Notes: generated from the sequence alone by a model not told the origin. Shown: positions 48,201-56,711, numbered from the stretch's first letter. The stretch is 64,000 bases of DNA from Chthoniobacterales bacterium (GCA_035603575.1 DATNKD010000084.1:2116-66115), one strand, 5' to 3'. Program-made: numbers and translations.

Positions 48201-48481
48201 AGCCCGCGCCTATGTGCGGCGTCGAGGAACGCTCGAAAATCGTCGAGCGTTCCGTAGTTTGGATTGACGTCGTAATAATCGGCGATGTCGTAGCCGTCAT
48301 CGCGCAACGGCGATGGATAAAAGGGCAACAGCCAGATAGCGGTGATGCCGAGCTCCTGGAGATAATCGAGCTTTTGGATCAGGCCGCGGAAATCGCCAAT
48401 GCCGTCGCCATCGCTGTCATGGAAGGTCTTGACGTGCAGCTCGTAAATGACCGCGTCTTTGTACCAAAGCGGATCGGCCAT
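45227..48481 (-). CDS. treS: Trehalose synthase (maltose alpha-D-glucosyltransferase) fused to maltokinase (TreS-Pep2/Mak)
   Basis: N-terminal GH13 blocks (DGDGIGDF, GLRVITELVINHTS, GVDGLRLDAVPYL, FLRNHDELT). The C-terminal roughly 450 aa is kinase-like (IRIHGDYHLGQIL, ILDFEGEP). Start taken at MADPLWYK. Confidence 0.9.
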   Translation of the reverse strand: MADPLWYKDAVIYELHVKTFHDSDGDGIGDFRGLIQKLDYLQELGITAIWLLPFYPSPLRDDGYDIADYYDVNPNYGTLDDFRAFLDAAHRRGLRVITELVINHTSDQNPWFQKSRKSRAGSPEREFYVWSDTPEKYSDARIIFKDFETSNWSWDPLAKAYYWHRFYAHQPDLNFDNPVVHEAVEKVCDFWLAMGVDGLRLDAVPYLYEREGTSCENLPETHAYLKKLRAHVDQKFPGRMLLAEANQWPEDAAAYFGSGDESHMSFHFPLMPRMFMALQMEDRFPIIDILDQTPPIPDNCQWAMFLRNHDELTLEMVTDEERDYMWRVYANDPHARINLGIRRRLAPLLTNSRRKMELLNTMLLSMPGTPIIYYGDEIGMGDNIYLGDRNGCRTPMQWSPDRNAGFSLANPQQLHLPVIIDPEYHYEATNVENQQKNLSSLLWWMRRVIAMRKNFRAFSRGTLEFLFPDNAKVLAFLRRYENETILVVVNLSRFAQSVELDLSRFSGCVPIEVFSRNPFPIIKKSAYVLTLGPHSHYWFTLQPQSERRRLEKKRVVPTLNARPELQSLLDDGERARIEGEILPEYIATCRWFGAKARTLRQMRVLERSTISSEPNAAQFWFVEVSYLDGPTETYALPVKIVSGEKASALVQSAPHAVIARFGDEKASILFDAVWDADFREKLFRLMLDRQHASGRNGNLVGALSPRIGPVTTIPPSNVLRGEQSNSSMLFADKFFLKLYRKLEDGVNPDVEVTRFLTERARFENVPAFGGAIEYRRAKTQPTVVCLLQDAITSEADAWTMTLDHVGRFYERVLARKAELQNETAPAGPLVEDLVGGVYAEKAKLLAQRTGELHLALASVRDDPLFAPEPFNAMAQRSVYQSMRALLRRNFDSLKKKLRDVPENLRDEAKEVLGTEKEILACEKRLLDRKTNAAKIRIHGDYHLGQILSTGKDFVILDFEGEPARPLSERKLKRSALRDVAGMMRSFQYAAYSALWQPAMRTEDVPFLERWADLWYRQMSSIFLQSYLQTTPGAMFVPQNSDDLQILLEAYLLDKAVYEIGYELNNRPDWVIIPIRGIKHILKSA

Positions 48482-48562
48482 TGGTTCTCTAGTGCTCCCC
48501 GGCATGCGTGTAACCTTTGCCGCACAAAGCACGCCGCGCAATGATCCGTTAGCTTCCTCCGC

Positions 48563-48594
48563 AAAAAAGCGGCCACGTTTCCATGGCCGCTTTT
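48563..48594 (-). terminator. Bidirectional-type rho-independent terminator after 48614..49270
   Basis: Stem GCGGCCA/TGGCCGC is flanked by an A6 run and a T4 run. On the minus strand, TTTTTT follows the stem. Confidence 0.6.
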
Positions 48595-48613
48595 AGAATA
48601 AACTAAATCTTGG

Positions 48614-49270
48614 CTATCCCTTAACTTTGGTGATCTGCGATGCAACGCATTGCCATTGTCCGTTGCGCAACATCCAAGTGTCGGTAAAAAGAAAGGTCCG
48701 ATCGAAAGCTTTACGGTCTTTGCCTGTTCCCTTTTCCCGGGCGCGGCCGGTCACAACCACAACATTCGGCCCGAAAGCTTTGACGTTTAGTTTTTCGTTC
48801 TTTGCCGACTTGTACGTGTCCGTGTCTTTCTTGAATTCTGCCAGCATGCTGGATTTGTCCACAAACTTGCCGTGTGAAGATATGCCGACGAAATCAGAGG
48901 CAACGAACCCCTGGACTGTCGAAATGTCGTGGCTGGGAATCGAAGCTTCCCAGTTTTCCTCCATCTCCCTGACACTCATTTTCTTCCCGCTTGGAGCAGC
49001 GGGAGCGGCTGCAGCGGCCGGCTTTGCGGCGGCCGTGGTTGTGGCTTCCTTTTTCGCAGCAGCTGCCGGTGAGGTGGCGGCTTCTGCTTTCTTTACCGCA
49101 ACTGGAGAGGCTGCTTGAGCCGGCTTGGCCACGGGCGTTTCGTCGACTGTGGCCGATGCTTTTTCTTCGGTTGCCGGCGCCGTCGATTCTGCCGGCGATG
49201 CTGATTCTTCCTGAGCAAAAGTCATTGCGGCGAGGAAGGCGGTTGCGAGAAATGAAATGATAATTTTCAT
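48614..49270 (-). CDS. Secreted DUF4440/SnoaL-like (NTF2 fold) protein with Ala-rich linker
   Basis: A signal peptide and an Ala/Pro/Thr-rich region, followed by the ...VVVTGRAREKG...FLFTDTWMLRNGQWQCVASQ pattern. Confidence 0.6.
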   Translation of the reverse strand: MKIIISFLATAFLAAMTFAQEESASPAESTAPATEEKASATVDETPVAKPAQAASPVAVKKAEAATSPAAAAKKEATTTAAAKPAAAAAPAAPSGKKMSVREMEENWEASIPSHDISTVQGFVASDFVGISSHGKFVDKSSMLAEFKKDTDTYKSAKNEKLNVKAFGPNVVVVTGRAREKGTGKDRKAFDRTFLFTDTWMLRNGQWQCVASQITKVKG

Positions 49271-49421
49271 CGGATTATTTTGGTTGGCTTTAGCACGGTG
49301 TAGCGCGACCTGAGTTGAGCGCGAATCGTATTTGGGTAGCTAGGCGGCGGTCAAGGCTTATCGCGATCAGAAGCCCGAGGTTTGAAAACTGTTGGACGCG
49401 GCTGACCGGCCGAACTAAGAC

Positions 49422-50096
49422 TTGAGAATGTCGGCGGTCGATCCAAATCTGCAGGCCGCTCCTGCGTCTGATCCTGACGTGGCGACCTCGGAAAAATCCA
49501 CGACGAGTGCGGTCGAACTTGAGCCGGGCGCGCCGAGCGATGTCGATCTTATGTTGGGCATTCAATCGGGCGACGCGGACGCGCTTTCCCAACTCTATGA
49601 TCGTTACAACGGGATCGTGAAGGCGCTCATTTTGCGCATCATTCACAACGATACCGAGGCGGACGACCTCCTTCAGGAAGTGTTCATGGAAATTTGGAAT
49701 CGGGCGAAGAATTTCTCCGCCGAAAAGGGAAAACCGCTAGGCTGGATGGTGACATTGACCCGGCGGCGAGCGATAGACGCGTTGCGCAAGAAACAGGCTT
49801 ACAACCGGGCCGAAGAACGTCTCCAAGCCGAGCCCCAGCAGCAACCTGTTGCCTGGGTGCGAAATGTCACTGAGATGGAGATTCGAGCCGGAGATACCCG
49901 GGTTTTGATGGCCAAAGTGATCAATTCTCTCCCGGAGGCCCAGCAGCGGGTGATCGAACTTGCATTTTTTCAGGGGATGAGCCAGCGCGAAATCGCTTCT
50001 AATACGAATATACCTTTGGGCACGGTAAAAACCCGGCTCGAATTAGGCTTGAAAAAGATATATGACGGTTTGAAGGAGTTGAAAGATGAGCTTTGA
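49422..50096 (+). CDS. ECF (sigma-70 family group 4) RNA polymerase sigma factor
   Basis: Region 2 (DLLQEVFMEIWNRA) and region 4 (MSQREIASNTNIPLGTVKTRL). The ATG at 49428 is an alternative start. Confidence 0.85.
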   Translation: MRMSAVDPNLQAAPASDPDVATSEKSTTSAVELEPGAPSDVDLMLGIQSGDADALSQLYDRYNGIVKALILRIIHNDTEADDLLQEVFMEIWNRAKNFSAEKGKPLGWMVTLTRRRAIDALRKKQAYNRAEERLQAEPQQQPVAWVRNVTEMEIRAGDTRVLMAKVINSLPEAQQRVIELAFFQGMSQREIASNTNIPLGTVKTRLELGLKKIYDGLKELKDEL

Positions 50097-50349
50097 GGAA
50101 TTCCAGAATCGCGCACGGCTCTACGTGATTGGAGCGTTAGAACCCGAAGAGCTGCAGGACTTTGAGGCTGCGCGCAAGCAATACGGCTCTGCCGCCGAGG
50201 ATTTTATTAATCAGTGCTATGGCTTGCATGAAGCTTTCGCTCTTAGCCTTAAGCCAGCCAGGGCTTCCGGTGCCATCAAGGACAAGTTGATGTCGATGGT
50301 GCGGGGCCGCGGTCGCGGCCAGGGTCAATCGGGCTCTCCCTCGGCCTGA
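50086..50349 (+). CDS. Putative short cytoplasmic anti-sigma factor
   Basis: Overlaps the sigma stop. The N-terminus YVIGALEPEELQDFE resembles the RskA/ChrR-type anti-sigma N-domain. No TM segment. Confidence 0.45.
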   Translation: MSFEEFQNRARLYVIGALEPEELQDFEAARKQYGSAAEDFINQCYGLHEAFALSLKPARASGAIKDKLMSMVRGRGRGQGQSGSPSA

Positions 50350-50831
50350 CCGCCTAACTCCCTCAGGATAAATTCCTGGAGAAATCCGTAGAAATTTATC
50401 TGAAACAATCCGAGGTCCCGGCGCGAACCGATGGGGGACCGATTGTGGTCGTTTAGCTCTTCTTCAGAAAATTTGTATTTGGTAGCGATCACGAGCCGGG
50501 CCTGATTGAGAGTGTTCAACCACGCATCGGCGTGCTCGATCGGAATGTGGAGAGTGCAATTGCTCAACGATTTCTCATTTCCATTCAGTTGCGCGAGATC
50601 GTCGGCCACGGTTTCGCTGGCAGTGCGAAAAAGGCGTCGCAATTCCGGTTCGACGTAACTTTTCCACTCCGCGCGAATTTCCTTTTCCGCCGAAGGCTGA
50701 CTAAATAAACGCGCCTCGGCCGCGGGCGCGCCGTCCGGATTAGCGCTGAGCGGGATTTGTCGCAGCAGCTCAGCCAGAAACGGATCGAGATCGGAAATCT
50801 GCAGGGCGTCGTCTTCGCGGCAAATCTCCAT
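50325..50831 (-). CDS. ClpS-associated hypothetical protein (DUF2017-like)
   Basis: Begins 2 nt after the clpS stop. The HADAWLNTLNQARLVIA block resembles DUF2017 proteins that neighbour clpS in Actinobacteria (from memory). Confidence 0.5.
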   Translation of the reverse strand: MEICREDDALQISDLDPFLAELLRQIPLSANPDGAPAAEARLFSQPSAEKEIRAEWKSYVEPELRRLFRTASETVADDLAQLNGNEKSLSNCTLHIPIEHADAWLNTLNQARLVIATKYKFSEEELNDHNRSPIGSRRDLGLFQINFYGFLQEFILRELGGQAEGEPD

Positions 50832-50832
50832 A

Positions 50833-51162
50833 TCAGTTAATTTTTTCCAGCGTTGCGAGAAGGAGATGACCGTGAAGCTGCTGCACGTAGAACTCAGCGC
50901 GTTCGCGCACACCGCTCCATAAAATCGAGCGGCCTTTGTGATGCACCTCCAGCATGTGACGCTCCGCCTTTTCGCGCGGATAACCGAAGACGCGCTGGAA
51001 CACCATCGTCACATAAGTCATGAGATTAACCGGGTCGTTGTGCACAACGACCTGCCACGGCAGATCGAGTTCTTCTTCACCTCGTGTTTCTTTTTCCCGG
51101 ACCGGTGCTTCCACCGTGGATGTAGATCCCTTTTCGAACTGCACGGCGTTCACCGCGCTCAT
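50833..51162 (-). CDS. clpS: ATP-dependent Clp protease adaptor ClpS
   Basis: WQVVVHNDPVNLMTYVTMVFQRVFGY..EKAERHMLEVHHKGRS core. Confidence 0.9.
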   Translation of the reverse strand: MSAVNAVQFEKGSTSTVEAPVREKETRGEEELDLPWQVVVHNDPVNLMTYVTMVFQRVFGYPREKAERHMLEVHHKGRSILWSGVRERAEFYVQQLHGHLLLATLEKIN

Positions 51163-51192
51163 GAAAAAATGCTATCACACTGTCTCTGCAGT

Positions 51193-51645
51193 TCAAACTG
51201 TGGCGTCGACAAGAATTCGCCCTTGAACGACTTGCATTCTCCGCGCGCTTCTTTCATTTCGATCATCGAAGCCGTGTAAGTGGAGCAAACCGTGGACCAC
51301 GTACAAGCGCAGCTCACGCGCGAGAGCGTTTCCGAACCGTCCGGCATTACGCCGCGCAGTCTCGGCGCTGATGAAAATTTCGCCGTGCTGAAATGTGATC
51401 ACGTCGGTTGGTCCTGATTCGCTCATGAATTGTCGATGCAACGACGCGATCTTCCGATCCGAGACAATCAAAACCGAAATCTCGCGCAGCTGCGCCAGAT
51501 CCGTCTTCTTTTTCCGCGGCACACGAAGACATAGCCCGAGTGCCTTTCGCGCGAACTTCTCAAGATCGACAACGCCCACCGGTACTTTGCGCTGAAGATT
51601 GCGCACGGTGATTTTCGGGACCCCAGCGTCAATCTTAGGTTTCAT
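51193..51645 (-). CDS. ybeY: rRNA maturation endoribonuclease YbeY
   Basis: TDVITF... and the zinc motif HGLLHLHGFDD. Start taken at MKPKID, which overlaps the panE stop. Confidence 0.85.
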   Translation of the reverse strand: MKPKIDAGVPKITVRNLQRKVPVGVVDLEKFARKALGLCLRVPRKKKTDLAQLREISVLIVSDRKIASLHRQFMSESGPTDVITFQHGEIFISAETARRNAGRFGNALARELRLYVVHGLLHLHGFDDRNERSARRMQVVQGRILVDATV

Positions 51646-52568
51646 CGCAACCGCCGTACGTTGTCTAATTGCTTGAGAAGCGCGTAAATCATTTCCGTTC
51701 GCTGCATCTGCCCGCCGGCAGCAACCGCACGGCGCGACGGTTCTCCCCAAATCGGCTCGATCTCCAGTGGGCGACCGGCTTCCCAGTCGAGCAACGTTGA
51801 AGGTTTATATCCGCCCATCGTTTCCGTTCGCTCGATATGTTCACGCCAGGCATCGCTCGCCAATGCGTGGCCGCATTTATTGGCGGCCGCGATCACTTCG
51901 TCCATCAACGCGAGCGTCGCCTGTCGCAAATCTTCATCGCCAACTATCGCAGCAATGTCGATTCCGCCCGCTAAGATCGACAATCCGTTGAACGGAATGT
52001 TCCAGATCAGTTTGCGCCAGCGCTCGAGCGCGAGATCGTCGGTAATGTTGCAAGTCACTCTGCCCCGCGTGAATTCAGCAGCGACTTCGCGCGTCCGCGA
52101 TTGTGAGGCGCGCCCGAATTCGCCCAAAACAATGTGACCGTAGGCGTAACGCTCGATCTCTGTCCTCGATCGTCGATTAAGGGCGATGAAGCAGAGTCCG
52201 CCCAGCACGCGTCCGGCGCCGAACTGTTTCGCCAGAAATTCGTCGTTTCCCAAACCGTTCTGTAACGTTAGCAACATCGTTCGCTCGTCCAGCAGCGGCG
52301 GGACAAGATCGACTAGATCGGAATTTGAAGTCGCCTTGACCGCAACGATCACCAGATCGCACGCGCCAATCTCTTTGGTCGAGTTGTAGCAATTGATTTT
52401 CGCGACCTGGAAATTTTCTCCCTCACCGCGAACGAAGATGCCGTCGCGCCAGAGGTCGCTAAGATCGCCGCGCATCAAAAAGTGCACGTCGCTGCCTGCG
52501 TGGGCGAGTTTTGCGCCGTAGTACGACCCAATCGCTCCCGAACCCACGATTGCAATGCGAAGCCCCAT
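51642..52568 (-). CDS. panE: 2-dehydropantoate 2-reductase
   Basis: IAIVGSGAIGSYYGAKL Rossmann motif, LQNGLGN, and the ApbA C-terminal domain (KPSTLLDWEAGRPLEIE). Confidence 0.85.
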   Translation of the reverse strand: MGLRIAIVGSGAIGSYYGAKLAHAGSDVHFLMRGDLSDLWRDGIFVRGEGENFQVAKINCYNSTKEIGACDLVIVAVKATSNSDLVDLVPPLLDERTMLLTLQNGLGNDEFLAKQFGAGRVLGGLCFIALNRRSRTEIERYAYGHIVLGEFGRASQSRTREVAAEFTRGRVTCNITDDLALERWRKLIWNIPFNGLSILAGGIDIAAIVGDEDLRQATLALMDEVIAAANKCGHALASDAWREHIERTETMGGYKPSTLLDWEAGRPLEIEPIWGEPSRRAVAAGGQMQRTEMIYALLKQLDNVRRLR

Positions 52569-52575
52569 TGAGGTT

Positions 52576-52657
52576 TAACCGCAGAGATCGCCGAGTCCGC
52601 AGAGAAAACATATTTTCAGACATCTGAACTCTGCGAGCTCTGTGTTCTCTGCGGTTA
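52576..52657. repeat. Long imperfect hairpin between ndh and panE
   Basis: Outer arms TAACCGCAGAGA/TCTCTGCGGTTA and inner arms TCCGCAGAG/CTCTGCGAG. Coordinates are accurate to about 1-2 nt. Confidence 0.55.
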
Positions 52658-53938
52658 TCACGTTGGGGGTCTCTGTTCTGATTGGAAATTTCGCGTAATC
52701 AGGCGCGCGCCTTTGTTGAAGCTGAAATAGGCCCAGGCCCACTGGAAAAGAACTGCGAGGCGATTGCGAAACCCGACCAGAAAAATGACGTGGACAAACA
52801 ACCATGCCAGCCACGCTGGGATTCCGCTAAGATGGATCAATTTGAGATCCGCCACGGCTTTGTTGCGGCCTATCGTCGCCATGCTGCCTTTGTCGAAATA
52901 CCAAAATCGTTGCGGCTTTCGGCCGTTGATCATTGCCAGAATGTTGCGCGCCGCGTGACGACCCTGTTGCATCGCAACCGGCGAGACGCCAGGCAACGGC
53001 TGACCGGTTTGATGCGAGAAATTCGCCAGATCGCCGATTACTTGAACCTCCGGATGATCGGGAATGGTCAGATCTTTATTCACGATCACACGACCGACGC
53101 GGTCGATTGGCGCGCCGAGTGAATGGCCGACAAACGAGGCATTATTGCCGGCCGCCCAGATTTTGACGCGACAAGGAATGAATTCGTCGCCGACTTGCAG
53201 ACCTTGCTCCGAGAGATTGGTCGCGTGAATGCCGGTACGCACTTCGACGCCAAGATCGACAAGTTGTTTCATCGCGCTGATCTGTAAATCTTCCGGAAAG
53301 GCGCCGAGCACGTGCGGCTCGCCTTCGACCAGAATCACTCGCGCCTGAGACGGGTCGATGTGGCGGAAATCTTTCGCCAGCGTGTAACGCGCGATTTCGG
53401 CGATCGCGCCCGCCATCTCGACACCAGTCGGCCCGCCGCCAATCACGACAAAAGTCATCGCAGTCTTACGTGCCGCCTCGTCAGAAATTTTTTCGGCGTA
53501 TTCGAATGCAAGCAGGATGCGACGCCGAATTTCCACCGCGTCTTCCAAGCTCTTGAGGCCGGGCGCAAGTCTTTCCCATTCCGGATGGCCAAAATACGAG
53601 TGCCGCGCGCCCGTCGCGACAATAAGATAATCGTAATCAAGCTCGCCATCGACCATCTTCACTTTCTTGGCATTCACGTCGATCGATTCCACTTCAGCGA
53701 GAATCACCTCCATGTTTTCGCATTTGCTCAGAATTGCGCGTACTGGCGCGGCGATATCAGCCGGGGAAAGCGCCGCGGTCGCGACCTGGTAAAGCAGCGG
53801 TTGAAAGAGATGGTAATTCGTCCGGTCGACCACGGTGACTTGGACGGCTTCACAGCAGAGTTTCTTGGCCGCCTCGAGTCCGCCAAACCCGGCGCCTATA
53901 ATCACAACGCGTGGTTTTTGGTTCGACGGCGCTTCCAT
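52658..53938 (-). CDS. ndh: Type II NADH dehydrogenase (NDH-2)
   Basis: VVIIGAGFGG and VVIGGGPTGVEMAG dinucleotide motifs, at the typical 426 aa length. Confidence 0.9.
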   Translation of the reverse strand: MEAPSNQKPRVVIIGAGFGGLEAAKKLCCEAVQVTVVDRTNYHLFQPLLYQVATAALSPADIAAPVRAILSKCENMEVILAEVESIDVNAKKVKMVDGELDYDYLIVATGARHSYFGHPEWERLAPGLKSLEDAVEIRRRILLAFEYAEKISDEAARKTAMTFVVIGGGPTGVEMAGAIAEIARYTLAKDFRHIDPSQARVILVEGEPHVLGAFPEDLQISAMKQLVDLGVEVRTGIHATNLSEQGLQVGDEFIPCRVKIWAAGNNASFVGHSLGAPIDRVGRVIVNKDLTIPDHPEVQVIGDLANFSHQTGQPLPGVSPVAMQQGRHAARNILAMINGRKPQRFWYFDKGSMATIGRNKAVADLKLIHLSGIPAWLAWLFVHVIFLVGFRNRLAVLFQWAWAYFSFNKGARLITRNFQSEQRPPT

Positions 53939-54033
53939 ATGTCACAATGTTCCAGCAAACGCCGAACGCTCAACGTCCAATCCAATCTGAAAGAGGTTGT
54001 CAAAGTAATTGCTGCGTCTATCTTTCGCGCCTC

Positions 54034-54243
54034 ATGCCGAAGCCAATTTCTCGCAGCAAAACGCGCAAAGCGGTCGCGAAACGATTTAAGATCACCGGTC
54101 GCGGCAAAATTTTGCGTTCCCAATCGTCCCGGCGTCATTTGCTCTCGTCCAAAAACGCGAAGCGTAAACGGCATCTCGGCAAAATGGCTCGCGTTGACAA
54201 AACGGATGAAGCGCGAGTCAGAGCCAATCTGCCGTTCGGTTAA
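54034..54243 (+). CDS. rpmI: 50S ribosomal protein L35
   Basis: MPKPISRSKTRKAVAKRFKITGRGKILR...KRKR. This is the internal ATG of listed ORF 53911..54243. Confidence 0.85.
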   Translation: MPKPISRSKTRKAVAKRFKITGRGKILRSQSSRRHLLSSKNAKRKRHLGKMARVDKTDEARVRANLPFG

Positions 54244-54246
54244 GAG

Positions 54247-54444
54247 CTAACGAAACTGCGGCTTCGGCGCCGGACTTTGTTTGCTTTGCGGCTTTGCGGT
54301 CATTTGCCGCATCGCTTCGTACGAATCAGGCGCCGGTTCCGGGCTGTAAAGATCGCGTCGGTTAGCCAGCGTCGTGCAACCCAATTGCGCAGCGACAAAC
54401 AACAGGAGCGCCAGCAGTTTCACGGCGCGATGATAAAACCCCAT
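54247..54444 (-). CDS. Small lipoprotein
   Basis: 65 aa with lipobox LLLFVAAQLGC. A 10-mer copy lies 8 nt upstream of the start. Confidence 0.45.
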   Translation of the reverse strand: MGFYHRAVKLLALLLFVAAQLGCTTLANRRDLYSPEPAPDSYEAMRQMTAKPQSKQSPAPKPQFR

Positions 54445-54581
54445 TGCACGATGTCGATCTTGCGCGGAAGTTTCCTCTCCGTCAGGGGCTATGGATTGAG
54501 GACTGACGAACCCCGCCAGGGCAGGAATGCAGCAACGGTAGTTTGATCCTCCTTGCCGTAGTTCTCTGGCGGACTTCTTCT

Positions 54582-54637
54582 GGTTGAGACGTTGTGCGGT
54601 TGAGACGACGACATCCTCAACTTCTCAACGACTCAAC
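54582..54637. repeat. GGTTGAGAC / CTCAAC mini-repeat hairpin cluster
   Basis: Two direct GGTTGAGAC copies (54582, 54598) face three CTCAAC-containing copies (54614-54637). Confidence 0.5.
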
Positions 54638-54642
54638 TTCGA

Positions 54643-54933
54643 ATGAAATTGCTCAAGACGAAAACGAAACGATTCGCCGACGTTGTGGAAACAGCGGGCA
54701 AGCCGGAAGTTTACACGCTCTGGCAAAAGCCGGCGCAGGATCGACATCTGCAATCGGAAATCAAAAACAATCGCGTGATGACGATTCAGAGAAGCGACGC
54801 CGGGACTGAGTTCGGCATGGTCGGGTTCAAAGAACAGAAAGGCGCGAGCTATCTCATTTTTCCGAAATCGTTGAAGCGCTTGGAGAACAAACGGATCATT
54901 GGGGTAAATTGGGAACTAGTTAAGACCCGATGA
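54643..54933 (+). CDS. Hypothetical protein (96 aa)
   Basis: Clean ORF with mixed composition. I do not recognise any domain. Confidence 0.45.
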   Translation: MKLLKTKTKRFADVVETAGKPEVYTLWQKPAQDRHLQSEIKNNRVMTIQRSDAGTEFGMVGFKEQKGASYLIFPKSLKRLENKRIIGVNWELVKTR

Positions 54934-55005
54934 AGTCCGAGCCGGACTGGCCTTTTCCAGGCTAGCAGCGTCCTACGACAACAATGTGCTAAATTCAGGA
55001 GCGGT

Positions 55006-56124
55006 ATGAATAAGGAGCAGCAACTGCGCTATTCGCGCCACATGATCATGCCGGAGGTGGGAGCGGAGGGGCAACGTCGTTTGAACGCCGCGCGCGTTTT
55101 GTGCATCGGCGCGGGCGGGCTCGGTTCGCCGGCCGCACTTTATCTTGCCGCTGCCGGCATCGGCAAACTTGGTCTGGTCGATTTCGACGATGTCGATCTT
55201 AGCAATTTGCAGCGGCAGATTTTGCACGGCACAAAGGACGTCGGCCGGAAGAAATTGGATTCGGCTCGAGATCGATTGCGGGACGTGAATCCGAACATCG
55301 AGATCGAAACGCACGACTGTCGGTTCACGAGCAAGAATGCGCTCGAAATTGTCTCCTGTTATGACGTCGTGGTAGATGGCTCCGATAATTTTCCCACGCG
55401 TTATTTGTCCAATGACGTCTGCGTTTTTGCGAAAAAGCCGAACGTTTACGGATCGGTCTTTCGGTTCGACGGTCAAACGACTGTTTTCGCGCCGCATCTG
55501 GGCGGACCCTGTTATCGTTGTTTGTTTCCCGAGCCGCCGCCGCCGGGATCGGTTCCAAATTGCGCGCAAGCGGGCGTGCTCGGCGTCCTTCCCGGAATCG
55601 TCGGAACGATTCAGGCGAACGAAGCGATCAAATTAGTTTTGGGCGTCGGTGAGCCACTAGTCGGCCGGCTCCTCTATTTCGACGCGCTCAAAATGAAATT
55701 CCGCGAGTTCAATCTCCGGCGCGATCCGCAATGTCCGGTCTGCGGCGATTCGCCCACTATCACCGAGCCGATAGATTACGATCAATTCTGCGGAGTCGCA
55801 ACGAACGTCCCGACCGTTTCGGTGCGCGAACTAAAACAGAAACTCGACGCGCGCGAGTCGCTTCAGCTTGTCGATGTTCGCGAACCGCTCGAGCACGAGA
55901 TCGCAAACATCGACGGCGCGCAGCTGATTCCGTTGGGCGAATTACCCGATCGGTTGAACGAATTGGACCGCAATCGCCTGACGATTGTGCATTGTCACAG
56001 CGGGATGCGCAGCGCGCAGGCCGTGCGGTTATTGCGCGATGCCGGTTTCCCGAACGTGTTTAATCTCGAAGGCGGAATCGCCAAATGGTCGGACGAAATC
56101 GATTCGGACGTCCCGAAGTATTAG
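55006..56124 (+). CDS. moeB: Molybdopterin-synthase adenylyltransferase MoeB/ThiF with C-terminal rhodanese domain
   Basis: RYSRHMIMPEVG, IGAGGLGSP, CxxC pairs (CYRC, CPVC), and rhodanese IVHCHSGMRS. Confidence 0.85.
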   Translation: MNKEQQLRYSRHMIMPEVGAEGQRRLNAARVLCIGAGGLGSPAALYLAAAGIGKLGLVDFDDVDLSNLQRQILHGTKDVGRKKLDSARDRLRDVNPNIEIETHDCRFTSKNALEIVSCYDVVVDGSDNFPTRYLSNDVCVFAKKPNVYGSVFRFDGQTTVFAPHLGGPCYRCLFPEPPPPGSVPNCAQAGVLGVLPGIVGTIQANEAIKLVLGVGEPLVGRLLYFDALKMKFREFNLRRDPQCPVCGDSPTITEPIDYDQFCGVATNVPTVSVRELKQKLDARESLQLVDVREPLEHEIANIDGAQLIPLGELPDRLNELDRNRLTIVHCHSGMRSAQAVRLLRDAGFPNVFNLEGGIAKWSDEIDSDVPKY

Positions 56125-56687
56125 TTTTGTTTTAAGACCGCAGCTAATTCGTTGGCCGGCGGGACATCGTTCCATTTTTTCAGTAGCTCGCCGTTTCGCC
56201 CGAAAACAAGAACGTGAAAGAGCGTTGCGCTCGGCTGTGACCCAAGTTGCGTCGTCACGACGCCATCGAAATCTGCGACCGCGAAAACATCCTGGCGAGC
56301 ATTTCGCGCGATCTTGAGTTGATCGTAGCGCGATTGAAGGTGGCGGGCTTCGGAATCGAGTCGCCGTCGTATCAGCGAAGTGAAAATCATGCGAACGGGC
56401 TTGCTGTGTTTCGTTTCGAACGCCAAAACAGTGATCATTCGATAAGTTGGATTGCCAAGACAAGAATCCGGAGTGCGATCTCCGACCGCGCGCGCTTTGT
56501 CGATGTTCGACTTGCTGACCAAAACAACAGTCGTGATGTGGCCGTCGGCGGTTGAGAGCGTGTTACCATCGACATCGACGAAGTTGATCCGATAATTTTC
56601 GCCAACGGTCAGCTCAGCGAGGATCGACATCGAAGGAGCGCAGAGCGCTATGATCGCTAAGAAAATTTGCGCTCGACTCAGGTTCAC
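56121..56687 (-). CDS. Secreted hypothetical protein
   Basis: Signal peptide AQIFLAIIALCAPSMSILA. No recognised domain. Confidence 0.5.
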   Translation of the reverse strand: MNLSRAQIFLAIIALCAPSMSILAELTVGENYRINFVDVDGNTLSTADGHITTVVLVSKSNIDKARAVGDRTPDSCLGNPTYRMITVLAFETKHSKPVRMIFTSLIRRRLDSEARHLQSRYDQLKIARNARQDVFAVADFDGVVTTQLGSQPSATLFHVLVFGRNGELLKKWNDVPPANELAAVLKQN

Positions 56688-56711
56688 GATTAGAGACGTT
56701 GATCACGAGAA

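Noticed and set aside
49271-49421. Autoregulated ECF promoter (GAAC-N16-CGT) upstream of the sigma factor gene
   Set aside because: Only a loose GAAC...CGG match overlaps the start codon region, which is not convincing.
53312-54250. 312 aa plus-strand ORF
   Set aside because: It is antisense to the well-supported ndh gene and has an Arg-rich shadow composition. Only its last 70 codons (rpmI, in a different reading of the region) are real.
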